From contig CAVXUZ010000004.1 in NCBI GenBank assembly GCA_963765125.1, positions 192,792 to 256,791 of the forward strand: DNA of 64,000 nucleotides, in the 5' to 3' direction. Made by a program: the position numbers and the translations under genes. Below, piece after piece: positions 10,640 through 19,908 of this stretch (the first letter of the stretch is position 1; the number at the start of each line of letters is the position of its first letter). This DNA is from an uncultured candidate division WWE3 bacterium. Lineage in GTDB: Bacteria > Patescibacteriota > WWE3 > UBA101185 > UBA10185. The notes beneath the pieces are model-generated. The model ran no database searches and was not told the DNA's origin. It saw only the letters and a list, made by a program, of their open reading frames with translations.

Positions 10640-13600
10640 ATGAAAAAAAGATTTAGTCCCTCAACAATTAAAATATTTTTTGTTGCGTTTATCGCAGCAG
10701 GCCTATTCGTAGCAGGTTCTATTGGAGGTGGAGGAAAACCTCTTCAATCACCAACCCAAAACACCAGTGGTGGGGGTTCTCAATCTACACAAGAAGAATC
10801 GCAAGAAGTAGCGGCCGAAGAAGAAGATGAATACATACGTGTGGGAAATGAAGTTTGTGAAATGAGGGGAGATGAGCTTGTAATAAAAGACACTTATTGC
10901 CCGTGTCCGACAGACCCAGCTCTAGCTTCAGTGTGTGGTTATGTAAGTAGCGCAAACATTTTAGGTGAGCAGATGGAAAATAGCGACAAGACTATTTACT
11001 CCACAAGAAAACCTATTTCTGACGCTACGGTTGCAATTTACGAAAACGATCCCTACGCACCGACAGGAAAGCCTTTTGGTAATTTAGAAAAGAAACTTGT
11101 TGAGTGTCAAACTTCAGAAAAAGAAGGTAAATACCATTGTTATATGAGAAGAATTACCCCAGGGACTGCAGCATATGTTATTTTTGCGTGTTCTGGGATG
11201 GTTGCAGACATCAAAATTATTAGCTCGGGTAGAAGTATTACAACGCTGGATTCAGATGTTGATTGTGGAGAAGATCAAAATCACACGCACCTTCCCGATA
11301 TTTTAGACTACGTAAACAGAGATCAGTTTTTAGGTTGTTTATCGTCTGAAGATAATGTGCCCAACAAAGCAGTTGGCTATGAAGACCAGCAGGAAATCTT
11401 TTTCTCCGCAAATATTGGTGAATTAGGCGATCAGGGTAACCACACAGGTGACATTAGATTTACACCATTTGAGGGTATTAGTGGGGGTGGGGGTGTGCAT
11501 CCTGGAGGTTTTGTAGAAAACGATTGTTTGATTGAAAGTTTTAAGGATCTTGAAAGAATATACATTAAAAATATTCCTAGTATTTTCGTGCCAACTGAAA
11601 TTACAACCAAATACTCCTCTATTTACCAAAAATGTAATTACAACCCCACGAGAGATAATTTGGTTGAGAATTCGGCGATGGTCGATACAGACGAAAGAAC
11701 AACACCCTTTAGATACGATATTCCAACATTTCTTTCTGAGAGCGTAACACAGCAAATAAGAGTTTGGGAGTCTAGAACCAGTTTACAAAGAGTAAATGAG
11801 TGGCCTTTCGGTCCTCAACAGTTTTTGCACGCTATGTTTGGTGAGTGTTCAATGATTACGCAGTCACGTTACTATGGAGATGACACCAACGCCCCGCCAG
11901 TTTCGTGCGAAGTGTTTAAACTATGCAATTCCGTCGGGTCAGATCCTTTTATAAACATTTCAACGGGAAATAGTTTAGGTGCGATGCTAGAAAATCCATC
12001 AACCTATTACGAAATGGCAAAGGTGCAAGAAAGAGATAAGAAAGACATCGTGTGCCTCGATAAAAAGGGAAATGAAATAGCACTAAAAGATATTCAACCC
12101 CCTTGGGATAACACGTGTGATCAAAATGGCGGTGGTTGCAGTTACAAATTAGGAAAAGAGTATTTTGCACCACAACTGCTTTTAGCCGCGCAGGGGGCTA
12201 GGGTTGATTACAAAACTGACACATTTAACGATGCTTATGGAATAGAGGTTGAGACTGGAAGAGAAAACATTTGGGAATTGGCAAAGACAGAGGCAAAATT
12301 TCCACATTCTACTGGAGACTATGTTAACTACGAAGTACCAGAAAAATCAAAAGAACAAAACTCAGCTGTATCTGCAATCAGAGTTGCCACCGATGGTTCT
12401 GCCTCGGGGCTAACTACTGTTCGCGGCGTACTCGCAAATAAACTTGTTTCACCTGTAGACGCACAAAGAGGAACATATCAATACACCTATGACCACACCG
12501 TATACGATGTAAACGGAAACGTGGAAAGTCTATGTACGATGTCTGCAATTAACGGCGGTCCGTACGCCGCCCCCATAGTTAGAAACAAGGATCAAGAGGC
12601 CGCACTTCTAATAAGCAATTTTTTTGTTGGTGATGCAGCAGACCATCGAGCAAGCGAGACCGCCGGTGTAGCCACATACGCAACAGAGTTTGGTAGAGCG
12701 CGTGACGTAGATATGCAACAAAGCTTTTTTTGGCGCGACACGTTTGATTCAGTTCAACGTTATAGAATTGGTAGTGGTGGGGGTGAAGGCACAATGCCTT
12801 TTGACGAAGCTTGGGACAAAATTTACGGATTTATTGGTCTTTTTTCTGCAAGCAGGGGCGTACCCTATAAATCATATGCGAATAGATCTGGTGAATGGAA
12901 TCCTGATACCCCGTCATACATGTTTGTTGACTACTGTATTGCTGAGGAGAATTTTAATGATTACTTTCCAGCATACGGACAGGCAGGCTATCCTGGTAGT
13001 TACGATGGGTGCTATGACTGGAACGAAGTGGCTCACGCCAAATACTGCAATAGTTGGCCCGGTGTTGAGGGGGATTGGCCTAACGGTTGTGGAGGTACGT
13101 CACTTCCAGCAGGCTACGAATGTCCTTTTGGCAACACTTGGCCGGGAATCGAAGGCGAGCTGAGAACTTGCAAACAGGAACCAGAAGATGAGTGTATGGT
13201 TATGTCGATGGAGATAAGGTGCAAGGAAAAGATTCCAGTAAACGGAATGCCGGGTGTTTACTACTGTGTAAACGACAAAACCGAGACCGTAAAAGATTAC
13301 AGATCTTGCACACCAGATGATAGAAAAGCTTGTTTAGAGTTACAGCAAGACGGGTATGATCATTGGAGGCTCCAAAATGAACTTGGGTACGGGTGGGATT
13401 ACTTATCAAAAGAGTTAGCAAAAAAAGGATTACCAAAAGCTCCAAAATACAAACCCGTAAAAGCAACGCTTTACGCCTGCAGTCTTAAAAAAGCAGGCCC
13501 AATGGTAGCCCCAGGAAAAATATTTAAAGATCACGCAGCACGAACAAGACAAGACGCTCTTCACGAAGAGCAAGTTAATGCCGATGCAATGCTTGACGTA

Positions 13601-14584
13601 ATGAATTACACGACACTGTCCATGTCTAGCCCGGTGGACGAAAGAAAGTATGGCGAGTTAGCAAACTTTTTAGACTACGCAGTAACTAATGATCTTGGCG
13701 ACGGCGCAGATGCAAGTACTGCAATTCAGGGCGGCGGTGCTGGCGCAGTACATAAATATACAGCAGGCGCGCAGGGTAGAGGCCTTGGTGTTGGCAACGT
13801 TGTAGAGCTTATAAAAACAGTATCGTTTCCAGAGAGACCCCAAGTTCCAACTGAGGACTATCCTGAGATAACCAGTGACAACGTTTTTTGTACTCTTAAT
13901 AAAGAGGAAACTAATTGGTGTCGCCTTATTCCTCCTCCAGAAGAAGAAATTGATCTAAAAACAATTACTGGTGGAGCTTGCAACCCTAATTTAAAAAGTG
14001 GTAATTGCAAAGTCAAGGGGGTTGGCGAGTTAGCTGGTAGAATACTTGGCGCAGCTGGTAAAAACGCAGGTGTTCCAGGCTCGCTACTGCTAGCTGCAAT
14101 CGTTGGTGAGGGAGGGTGGTTAGATCCCGCAACTGGTGGGGGTAGACTTCAGTGGGATGACGAAAGTGTTGCAAGATTTAGTGAACCTTGGTATGCAAGA
14201 ATGCCAAAATGCCAAGAAATGGTTTGGTCAGCACAAGGTCCATTTGGGCTACTCGACCACTGGTTTAGACTTGATGTTTGGGGAGATTCAACTTACTTTG
14301 GCAGGCCGACCATGTCGGGTGACCCACTAATCGATTCATCAGTGGGAGGAGGCTACCATCCTTTGAGAGTAAATAAAGAGGGTGGCATTGTTGCTAGTAA
14401 ATGTAATTTCATCGACGCAGCCTACGCAGCAGCTTGGGAAATGAAAAAAAATCCGAAGAAAGCTTGTGGCGCGTGGTCCAGAGCCGATATGGCAGATGGT
14501 TTAGCAATGTTTAGGGGCGGAGTTAATGGTAACGCCGCAGACGTGCCCGGATTTTTGTTAGACATTGCGATGGGGTGTAAATAA
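10640..14584 (+). CDS. Giant secreted Cys-rich protein with C-terminal lysozyme/SLT-like domain
   Basis: 1314 aa; N-terminal TM; many Cys; C-terminal AAGKNAGVPGSLLLAAIVGEGG...AQGPFG...CNFIDAAYAAA. Confidence 0.6.
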   Translation: MKKRFSPSTIKIFFVAFIAAGLFVAGSIGGGGKPLQSPTQNTSGGGSQSTQEESQEVAAEEEDEYIRVGNEVCEMRGDELVIKDTYCPCPTDPALASVCGYVSSANILGEQMENSDKTIYSTRKPISDATVAIYENDPYAPTGKPFGNLEKKLVECQTSEKEGKYHCYMRRITPGTAAYVIFACSGMVADIKIISSGRSITTLDSDVDCGEDQNHTHLPDILDYVNRDQFLGCLSSEDNVPNKAVGYEDQQEIFFSANIGELGDQGNHTGDIRFTPFEGISGGGGVHPGGFVENDCLIESFKDLERIYIKNIPSIFVPTEITTKYSSIYQKCNYNPTRDNLVENSAMVDTDERTTPFRYDIPTFLSESVTQQIRVWESRTSLQRVNEWPFGPQQFLHAMFGECSMITQSRYYGDDTNAPPVSCEVFKLCNSVGSDPFINISTGNSLGAMLENPSTYYEMAKVQERDKKDIVCLDKKGNEIALKDIQPPWDNTCDQNGGGCSYKLGKEYFAPQLLLAAQGARVDYKTDTFNDAYGIEVETGRENIWELAKTEAKFPHSTGDYVNYEVPEKSKEQNSAVSAIRVATDGSASGLTTVRGVLANKLVSPVDAQRGTYQYTYDHTVYDVNGNVESLCTMSAINGGPYAAPIVRNKDQEAALLISNFFVGDAADHRASETAGVATYATEFGRARDVDMQQSFFWRDTFDSVQRYRIGSGGGEGTMPFDEAWDKIYGFIGLFSASRGVPYKSYANRSGEWNPDTPSYMFVDYCIAEENFNDYFPAYGQAGYPGSYDGCYDWNEVAHAKYCNSWPGVEGDWPNGCGGTSLPAGYECPFGNTWPGIEGELRTCKQEPEDECMVMSMEIRCKEKIPVNGMPGVYYCVNDKTETVKDYRSCTPDDRKACLELQQDGYDHWRLQNELGYGWDYLSKELAKKGLPKAPKYKPVKATLYACSLKKAGPMVAPGKIFKDHAARTRQDALHEEQVNADAMLDVMNYTTLSMSSPVDERKYGELANFLDYAVTNDLGDGADASTAIQGGGAGAVHKYTAGAQGRGLGVGNVVELIKTVSFPERPQVPTEDYPEITSDNVFCTLNKEETNWCRLIPPPEEEIDLKTITGGACNPNLKSGNCKVKGVGELAGRILGAAGKNAGVPGSLLLAAIVGEGGWLDPATGGGRLQWDDESVARFSEPWYARMPKCQEMVWSAQGPFGLLDHWFRLDVWGDSTYFGRPTMSGDPLIDSSVGGGYHPLRVNKEGGIVASKCNFIDAAYAAAWEMKKNPKKACGAWSRADMADGLAMFRGGVNGNAADVPGFLLDIAMGCK

Positions 14585-14593
14585 AACTACAAT

Positions 14594-15058
14594 GTGTCCA
14601 TGCTTTTAGCAAAAAATAAAAAAGCTCTCTTCAACAACGAGATCATAGAAAAATATATCGCCGGAATTGTACTTACTGGCTATGAAGTTAAAGCTATTCG
14701 TGAGGGCAACGTAAATTTTGAAGGTGCTTACGTGACTATTCTTGATAGTGAGCCATACGTTGTAGGTTTGACGGTTGGTAAGTATTCAAAGCAAAGCCAA
14801 GATACTAGCGCTCAGGAGGCAAAGAAAAGTCGTAAGTTACTCTTAAAGTCCGCAGAGATCACAAAAATACAAAAAGAGCTGGCTGAAAAAGGTAAATCGG
14901 CAATCCCGCTGGCGTTAATACTGCAAAATAACTTAATCAAACTCGAACTCGCCACCGTAAAGGGTAGAAAAAAGCATGAGAAAAAACAGCTGTTAAAAGA
15001 TAGACAAGTCGTGATAGACCTTGCAAAATCAAGAAAAACTGAGGGTGTCTACTACTAA
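14594..15058 (+). CDS. smpB: SsrA-binding protein SmpB
   Basis: NKKA...AGIVLTGYEVKAIR...RKLLL...KGRKKHEKK; directly upstream of tmRNA. Confidence 0.97.
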   Translation: MSMLLAKNKKALFNNEIIEKYIAGIVLTGYEVKAIREGNVNFEGAYVTILDSEPYVVGLTVGKYSKQSQDTSAQEAKKSRKLLLKSAEITKIQKELAEKGKSAIPLALILQNNLIKLELATVKGRKKHEKKQLLKDRQVVIDLAKSRKTEGVYY

Positions 15059-15115
15059 GCCTAATATACTATAGGGCAATAAATCACCAAATATGATAAA
15101 ATACACCTGCATCAT

Positions 15116-15519
15116 GGGGATGACCAGGATTTGATTGAGGGTAAAAACTATGAGAGCAAGCCGAAGTGATAGGATCTTCGAAAAAAATCTATCAAAAAAT
15201 AAGTGCTGATGAATTCGCATTCCAGCCAGCATACGCTTACGCTTAAGTAAGCATATGTGTCGGGGGACTTTAGGTAAATCCTAAATACTCTGAGGTTCTG
15301 CATTTACTCACCTGAAGGATTTGCAAGAGCATAATAAAATCAGGTTACAGAGCGTTTGTACGTTGACTACTACAGCGCTGTCACCGAAAGGAAATGTCTT
15401 AGGAAAAGATTAACGGTTTGTGAAACACCCTACTTTTCTGAATTAAGATTTCACTAAGCTTGTAAACTTTTGTAATTCGAGCTTTCAAGACGGGGGTTCG
15501 ATTCCCCCCATCTCCACCA
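15116..15519 (+). ncRNA. ssrA: tmRNA; predicted tag (A)ADEFAFQPAYAYA* at 15205-15246
   Basis: 5' GGGGATG pairs with 3' CATCTCC-A-CCA (G3:U70); T arm GGGGG-TTCGATT-CCCCC; resume context ATAAGT-GCT; next to smpB. Confidence 0.95.
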
Positions 15520-15661
15520 GAAAGCAGAAAAACACCTACAGAGGTGTTTTTTGTTTTCTTATGGAAAGGAATCGAAAGCCGCAGGCACGACGGTGCCGAG
15601 GCGGGGTCGACGGGCGAGCCAGCAGGCGAGAACCGGTGACCGATTCCCCCCATCTCCACCA
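15520..15661 (+). repeat. tDNA-linked structured element (tmRNA copy) ending in a 21-bp duplicate of the tmRNA 3' end
   Basis: Terminator-like hairpin; GGAATCGAA (15568-15576, reverse complement of the T-loop); GC-rich core; CGATTCCCCCCATCTCCACCA at 15641-15661. Confidence 0.85.
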
Positions 15662-15819
15662 AGGAAAAAAGGCGAGTGCTAGCAAAGTACGCGCCTTTTT
15701 TTCTTTATGACTGGGAGAGTTAAATCTCATACGCCGTCACAGTCCGTTAGCACTCTTGTTTTAATAGCCCCCTACTTATTTAATAACTAACAGCGCGCAA
15801 ATAAAATAATTTTGGTGGT

Positions 15820-15905
15820 GGAGGATATCGCCTGTCGGTACAGAATCTTGTTTGATAAGCAGAGAGTCGGAAACGATTGAGGTTCAACTCCTTTATCCTC
15901 CGCCA
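15820..15905 (+). ncRNA. Non-canonical tRNA-like RNA (8/4 allo-tRNA-like; Ser-type body, anticodon most likely GAT)
   Basis: 8-bp acceptor GGAGGATA/TATCCTCC, G discriminator, CCA; 4-bp T-stem GAGG-TTCAACT-CCTT; long variable arm AGTCG-GAAA-CGATT; D hairpin CTGT-CGGT-ACAG. Confidence 0.65.
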
Positions 15906-15963
15906 CCATTAAGAAATAAGCGATTAAAATTTACTTGCAAAAATATTTTTGTTAGAATTGCGG

Positions 15964-16036
15964 TAGCTTATCAAACAGAGTGAGCGAAAGCTCCAGTATT
16001 TGTAGAAAACCCTTCGAGAGAGGGGTTTTCTCGTTT
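15964..16036 (+). ncRNA. Candidate small antisense RNA to the anticodon arm of the tRNA-like element
   Basis: TTTACT(15930)-17 nt-TAGAAT(15953) promoter; GCTTATCAAACA (15966-15977) is complementary to 15849-15860; GAGC-GAAA-GCTC hairpin; terminator GAAAACCC...GGGGTTTTC. Confidence 0.5.
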
Positions 16037-16227
16037 ACGTTGATGTATTTCACAATAACCTACAGCAGCTTACTAAAGTAATAACTGGCGCGCATTGTTA
16101 ACCAATAACCTTCCAATTTCCACTAAAGTATTATTTATTTTGGAGTTTTTGTATTTCTTGTTTAAGGCGTGCCATCTCTAACTCTCTATCTACCATAAAC
16201 ATTTCTAAGTTTGTTGATAATTTAGCC

Positions 16228-16671
16228 GTGCCCTTGCAATTAGTAGCAAACAGAAATAAATCAAAAGTTGTTATTGAGTCTGTAGATCAAAATATAGAAA
16301 TTACAACAGACCAAGAAAAAATATCAGAAGTAATTTATAACCTCGTAGACAACGCAGTAAAGTATGGAAAAGAGGAACAGACCATTACTGTAAGTGTTAC
16401 ATCTGATGCAAATCAAAACGTAACATTTTCAGTTAGAGACCAGGGTAAAGGCATAACAGATGATAAAATCTCTAAGTTATTTGGAAAATTTTCACAACTA
16501 GAACCCTCGCTAAGAAGATCGCAGGATGGGACAGGTCTCGGCCTTTACATATGTAAATTAATAGTTGAAAAGTTAGGAGGAAAAATAGATGTTGAAAGTG
16601 AAATAGGCAGAGGATCGAGATTTTTCTTCACACTTCCCCGCGAATTTTCAGGCGACGAAGCAACGTTATAG
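16228..16671 (+). pseudogene. Histidine kinase fragment (HATPase_c only)
   Basis: NLVDNAVKY, DQGKGI, GTGLGL boxes; no His phosphoacceptor or sensor domain and no convincing start. Confidence 0.7.
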
Positions 16672-16797
16672 GTCATTACATCTGTAGGTTAATGTTGCTG
16701 TGGTGACGCGCGGCTTGACCTAGTAGCAACTATAGGGTATAATTCCAATTAGCTTTTTACTATTCAAAAAAAACCACATATACAAATGGAGGAAGAG

Positions 16798-17067
16798 ATG
16801 AAAACAATCTGGACTAAAGTAGAGCCAGGAGCACAAGCGGCGATTGGTTTTTTAGCGGCGTACGTGCTTATGGTAGTCTATTCGGTGCTGACTAAAAACG
16901 TCGTCACCGGTGGGAATTTAGTGATTATGGTTCTAGGCGGTCTTGTCGCCGGATTGATCTATAATAATAGGTCAACACGAACAATCTTCTGGTGCCTCTT
17001 TGGCTCCTTAATGTTTGGCATAATAAGTGCACTCGCAGAGGCAGGTGGTATAGGATCTTTGTTTTAG
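16798..17067 (+). CDS. Small three-TM hypothetical protein
   Basis: GGAGG RBS, hydrophobic ORF, downstream hairpin. Confidence 0.6.
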   Translation: MKTIWTKVEPGAQAAIGFLAAYVLMVVYSVLTKNVVTGGNLVIMVLGGLVAGLIYNNRSTRTIFWCLFGSLMFGIISALAEAGGIGSLF

Positions 17068-17132
17068 TACCACAAAAAAGCCGTGAGCTTGGAATACAAT
17101 TCCCATCTCACGGCTTTATCTTTTTCACATAA

Positions 17133-17957
17133 CTAATTTTTATTTACAGCTACTAAAGAAGCCTCGTCCTCGTAAATATAAAATACTTCAAACCCATTTT
17201 TTTCTAAAAACTTTCTCATCGTTTTATCGTTGTCTTTTTCAATTTCATGGCATTCGATCACAATGTATTTAATCCCTTTTAAAATAGTTTTATTAAGATT
17301 AAAAAGCACATTGTACTCTGCACCCTCAACGTCAATTTTCAATAAATCGATACTTTTCAATCCTGATACCCTCATGATTGTTTGAAGAGACAGACACTCA
17401 ACGTCGTAGCTCTCGTTATTTTGCTTACTGGCGCGCTTTTCGTAAAGTGTGTGCCCTGCTGTGAAGCCGTTTGTCTTATAGAATGTTTTAGTACAATCTT
17501 TTTCCCAAACTGCATTTTTTAAAACTTTAATATTTTTTGAAAGAGAGTTTAGTTGAATGTTCTTTTTAAAGTGTTTGTAATTATCTGCCTCTGGTTCAAG
17601 AGCAACTACTTTTATATTAGAAACCAATTTTGTATAGAGTAAAGAGACGTAACCTTTATGTCCTCCGAGGTCGACCATTGTTTTAATTCTTCTCAGCTGT
17701 ATGTATTTATTGTTGTAGTACTTATCGCAAAACACCTCTCTAATTATTTGTTTATCTCCCCAACCGTTAGTTACAGAAATCTTTAGCCCGTGTACTTTTA
17801 AAACTTGCCCCTCTTTACCTAGTTTAAATATTGTTGGTAAAAGTAATTTTATGTAGCACTGAATATTGAGAAAGCATTTAAGCTCTCTAATCACCAAACC
17901 AATGTTTCTTGAAATGTTATTTTTTCTCATAGACGCGAAGCTACCATTATAGCTCAT
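17133..17957 (-). CDS. FkbM family SAM methyltransferase
   Basis: VDLGGHKG, ALEP, LLKIDVEGAE. Confidence 0.9.
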   Translation of the reverse strand: MSYNGSFASMRKNNISRNIGLVIRELKCFLNIQCYIKLLLPTIFKLGKEGQVLKVHGLKISVTNGWGDKQIIREVFCDKYYNNKYIQLRRIKTMVDLGGHKGYVSLLYTKLVSNIKVVALEPEADNYKHFKKNIQLNSLSKNIKVLKNAVWEKDCTKTFYKTNGFTAGHTLYEKRASKQNNESYDVECLSLQTIMRVSGLKSIDLLKIDVEGAEYNVLFNLNKTILKGIKYIVIECHEIEKDNDKTMRKFLEKNGFEVFYIYEDEASLVAVNKN

Positions 17958-18009
17958 CTATTTAAAAATTGTGATAGTTTGAAGTTTCTAGCTAGATTAT
18001 ACTTATCCT

Positions 18010-18780
18010 ATGGTTAAAGACGTGATTTTTAAAATCTACAATTACTTGATAAATACAGCGTTTTCAGAGCCTAGGAATTATAAAGTGATGTCAGGGCCGA
18101 TTAAAGACACATTTATCTGTCTTGCGCCGCGTCACGGTATAAAAAAGATTCTCGGTAGCTATGAGCCTGAGATTGTTAATTTAATGACGCAAAAGATTGG
18201 GGTTGGTGATGCTTGCATCGATGTTGGCGCGCACGTGGGGTATATAACGATGGTAATGCGTAAACTGGTCGGTGTGGAAGGCGAAGTTTACGCATTTGAG
18301 CCGATTAAAGAAAACTGTGAGTGCATTGAAAGGTCGGTTGTAAAAAACAATTATAAGAACGTTACAGTATTAAACTACGGTCTTGGAGAGAAAAACCAAG
18401 AGATGAGCGCCCACGTTTTTAATGATAGTAATATGGTGAATTTCTCTGATTCTGGGTTTAAAAATTATAGTGATGACAAAAACAGCGATACGTTCATTGT
18501 TAAAACTCTAGATAGCGTAGACGAGATCGTCGGACTACAGCGTCTTAATTTTATAAAAATCGATGCTGAGGGGTATGAAAGCAAGATTATTGAGGGCGCA
18601 CGGGGCGTTTTGCAAAGGTTTGGCCCTAAACTACTAATAGAGGTACATAATGCAGATAATTTTAATAAACTAAAAACCCTGCTTCCAGAAATTGGCTACT
18701 CGCTTTTTGACCTTCACGGCGTTCAGATTAAGAGCGACGCGTCCTTTGAAGGCATAATTCACATCCTCGCAACAAAATAA
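18010..18780 (+). CDS. FkbM family SAM methyltransferase
   Basis: IDVGAHVG, AFEP, FIKIDAEGYE. Confidence 0.9.
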   Translation: MVKDVIFKIYNYLINTAFSEPRNYKVMSGPIKDTFICLAPRHGIKKILGSYEPEIVNLMTQKIGVGDACIDVGAHVGYITMVMRKLVGVEGEVYAFEPIKENCECIERSVVKNNYKNVTVLNYGLGEKNQEMSAHVFNDSNMVNFSDSGFKNYSDDKNSDTFIVKTLDSVDEIVGLQRLNFIKIDAEGYESKIIEGARGVLQRFGPKLLIEVHNADNFNKLKTLLPEIGYSLFDLHGVQIKSDASFEGIIHILATK

Positions 18781-18918
18781 TCCCTAGTAATAATAGAATG
18801 CTGGGCCTAGTTTTTGCCAGCGCACTACTTATAATATAGGTTAGTTTGTAGGCGCCACTACAGGCTACGAGCCTAGTTATAGCTGTAGCAACAGTAAATA
18901 GAAAATTGTGGATAAACC

Positions 18919-19632
18919 ATGGAAAACCTATTGATAACTCTTTTTCCAACAAAATGCCAGTTTTGTAATAAAAATATGGGTGCGATTTGTTACGAATGCA
19001 TTTTAAAGGCAAGGCCGGTGTATCAGTACTTTTGTATAATCTGCGAAAAACCCTCGATAGAAGGTAAAACACACTCTCTTTGCCACAAACAAGGCTGTCC
19101 CTCGTCAATTTTCAGCCCATTTAAATATTCGGGTGTGATAAGACAGTGTATTAAAAAGGCTAAATACTCGTCTAGGCTGTTTTTTCCTCTAAAACGCTTT
19201 ACGCGAGAGGGTATGAAGCTGTTTTCAAAATCAGGCATTTCTTATGAGGAGCACCTTGTTGTACCGATACCGTTGAGTTACCGAAAATACAAAGAAAGAG
19301 GGTTTAATCAGGCAGAAATCATTGCTGAGGCTGTAGCTAAGGAGTTGAAGCTAAACTACACAACTAGGGCACTGTATCGCTCTAGGGATACCACTGCGCA
19401 GCACGCAAACTCCAGAGCTGAACGTTATAAAAACCTTGAAAACGCCTTTATCGTGAAAAATCCTATTATAGTAGCGGGTAAAAAGATTCTTTTGGTGGAC
19501 GATATATGCACGTCTGGGGCTACATTTTTAACAGCCGCGGAGTGTTTGTACAAAGCTGGTGCTGTAGATGTTGCTTGTTTCTCACTGGCCAAGAAATTTC
19601 TTAAAAACAGACATTTGCTTGGTGATTTATAG
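18919..19632 (+). CDS. comF: ComF family competence protein (Zn ribbon + PRTase)
   Basis: CxxC repeats, VPIPL...RGFNQA, LLVDDICTSGAT. Confidence 0.9.
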   Translation: MENLLITLFPTKCQFCNKNMGAICYECILKARPVYQYFCIICEKPSIEGKTHSLCHKQGCPSSIFSPFKYSGVIRQCIKKAKYSSRLFFPLKRFTREGMKLFSKSGISYEEHLVVPIPLSYRKYKERGFNQAEIIAEAVAKELKLNYTTRALYRSRDTTAQHANSRAERYKNLENAFIVKNPIIVAGKKILLVDDICTSGATFLTAAECLYKAGAVDVACFSLAKKFLKNRHLLGDL

Positions 19633-19694
19633 CTTTGTTATAAAGCTTCAGACGGGTTATAATGTACCGGCGCCACGCGCTAACTGTGCAGTAT

Positions 19695-19781
19695 GGAGGG
19701 TTGGCAGAGTGGTAATGCAACGGCTTGCTAAGCCGCGACCGTGAAAACGGTCCGTGGGTTCAAATCCCGCACCCTCCGCCA
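19695..19781 (+). tRNA. tRNA-Ser(GCT)
   Basis: Acceptor GGAGGGT/ACCCTCC-G-CCA; loop TT-GCT-AA; long variable arm. Confidence 0.93.
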
Positions 19782-19908
19782 CCAACAAAGTCGTCCAGCA
19801 ATTTATGTTGGACTTTTTTTGTTGCTGATGTAACGCTGTGTTGGGATTTGAGCGGTACGCCTCACACTCACCCGCCCTTTAATCAGCACCGTATGCTAGT
19901 ATCTTAAT

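Noticed and set aside
15499-15661. Prophage/ICE attL-attR at tmRNA
   Set aside because: The repeats are only 142 bp apart and no integrase or phage genes are present
15399-15730. ORFs antisense to tmRNA and the downstream element (likewise 19725-19907, 21945-22211, 24623-24886, 30822-31193)
   Set aside because: Shadow ORFs over RNA genes and GC-rich repeats; their mutual similarity only reflects the DNA repeat
15820-15905. Possible tRNA-Sec (selC)
   Set aside because: The D arm and 8-bp acceptor resemble tRNA-Sec, but there is no TCA anticodon, the T-stem is 4 bp, and no sel genes are in the window
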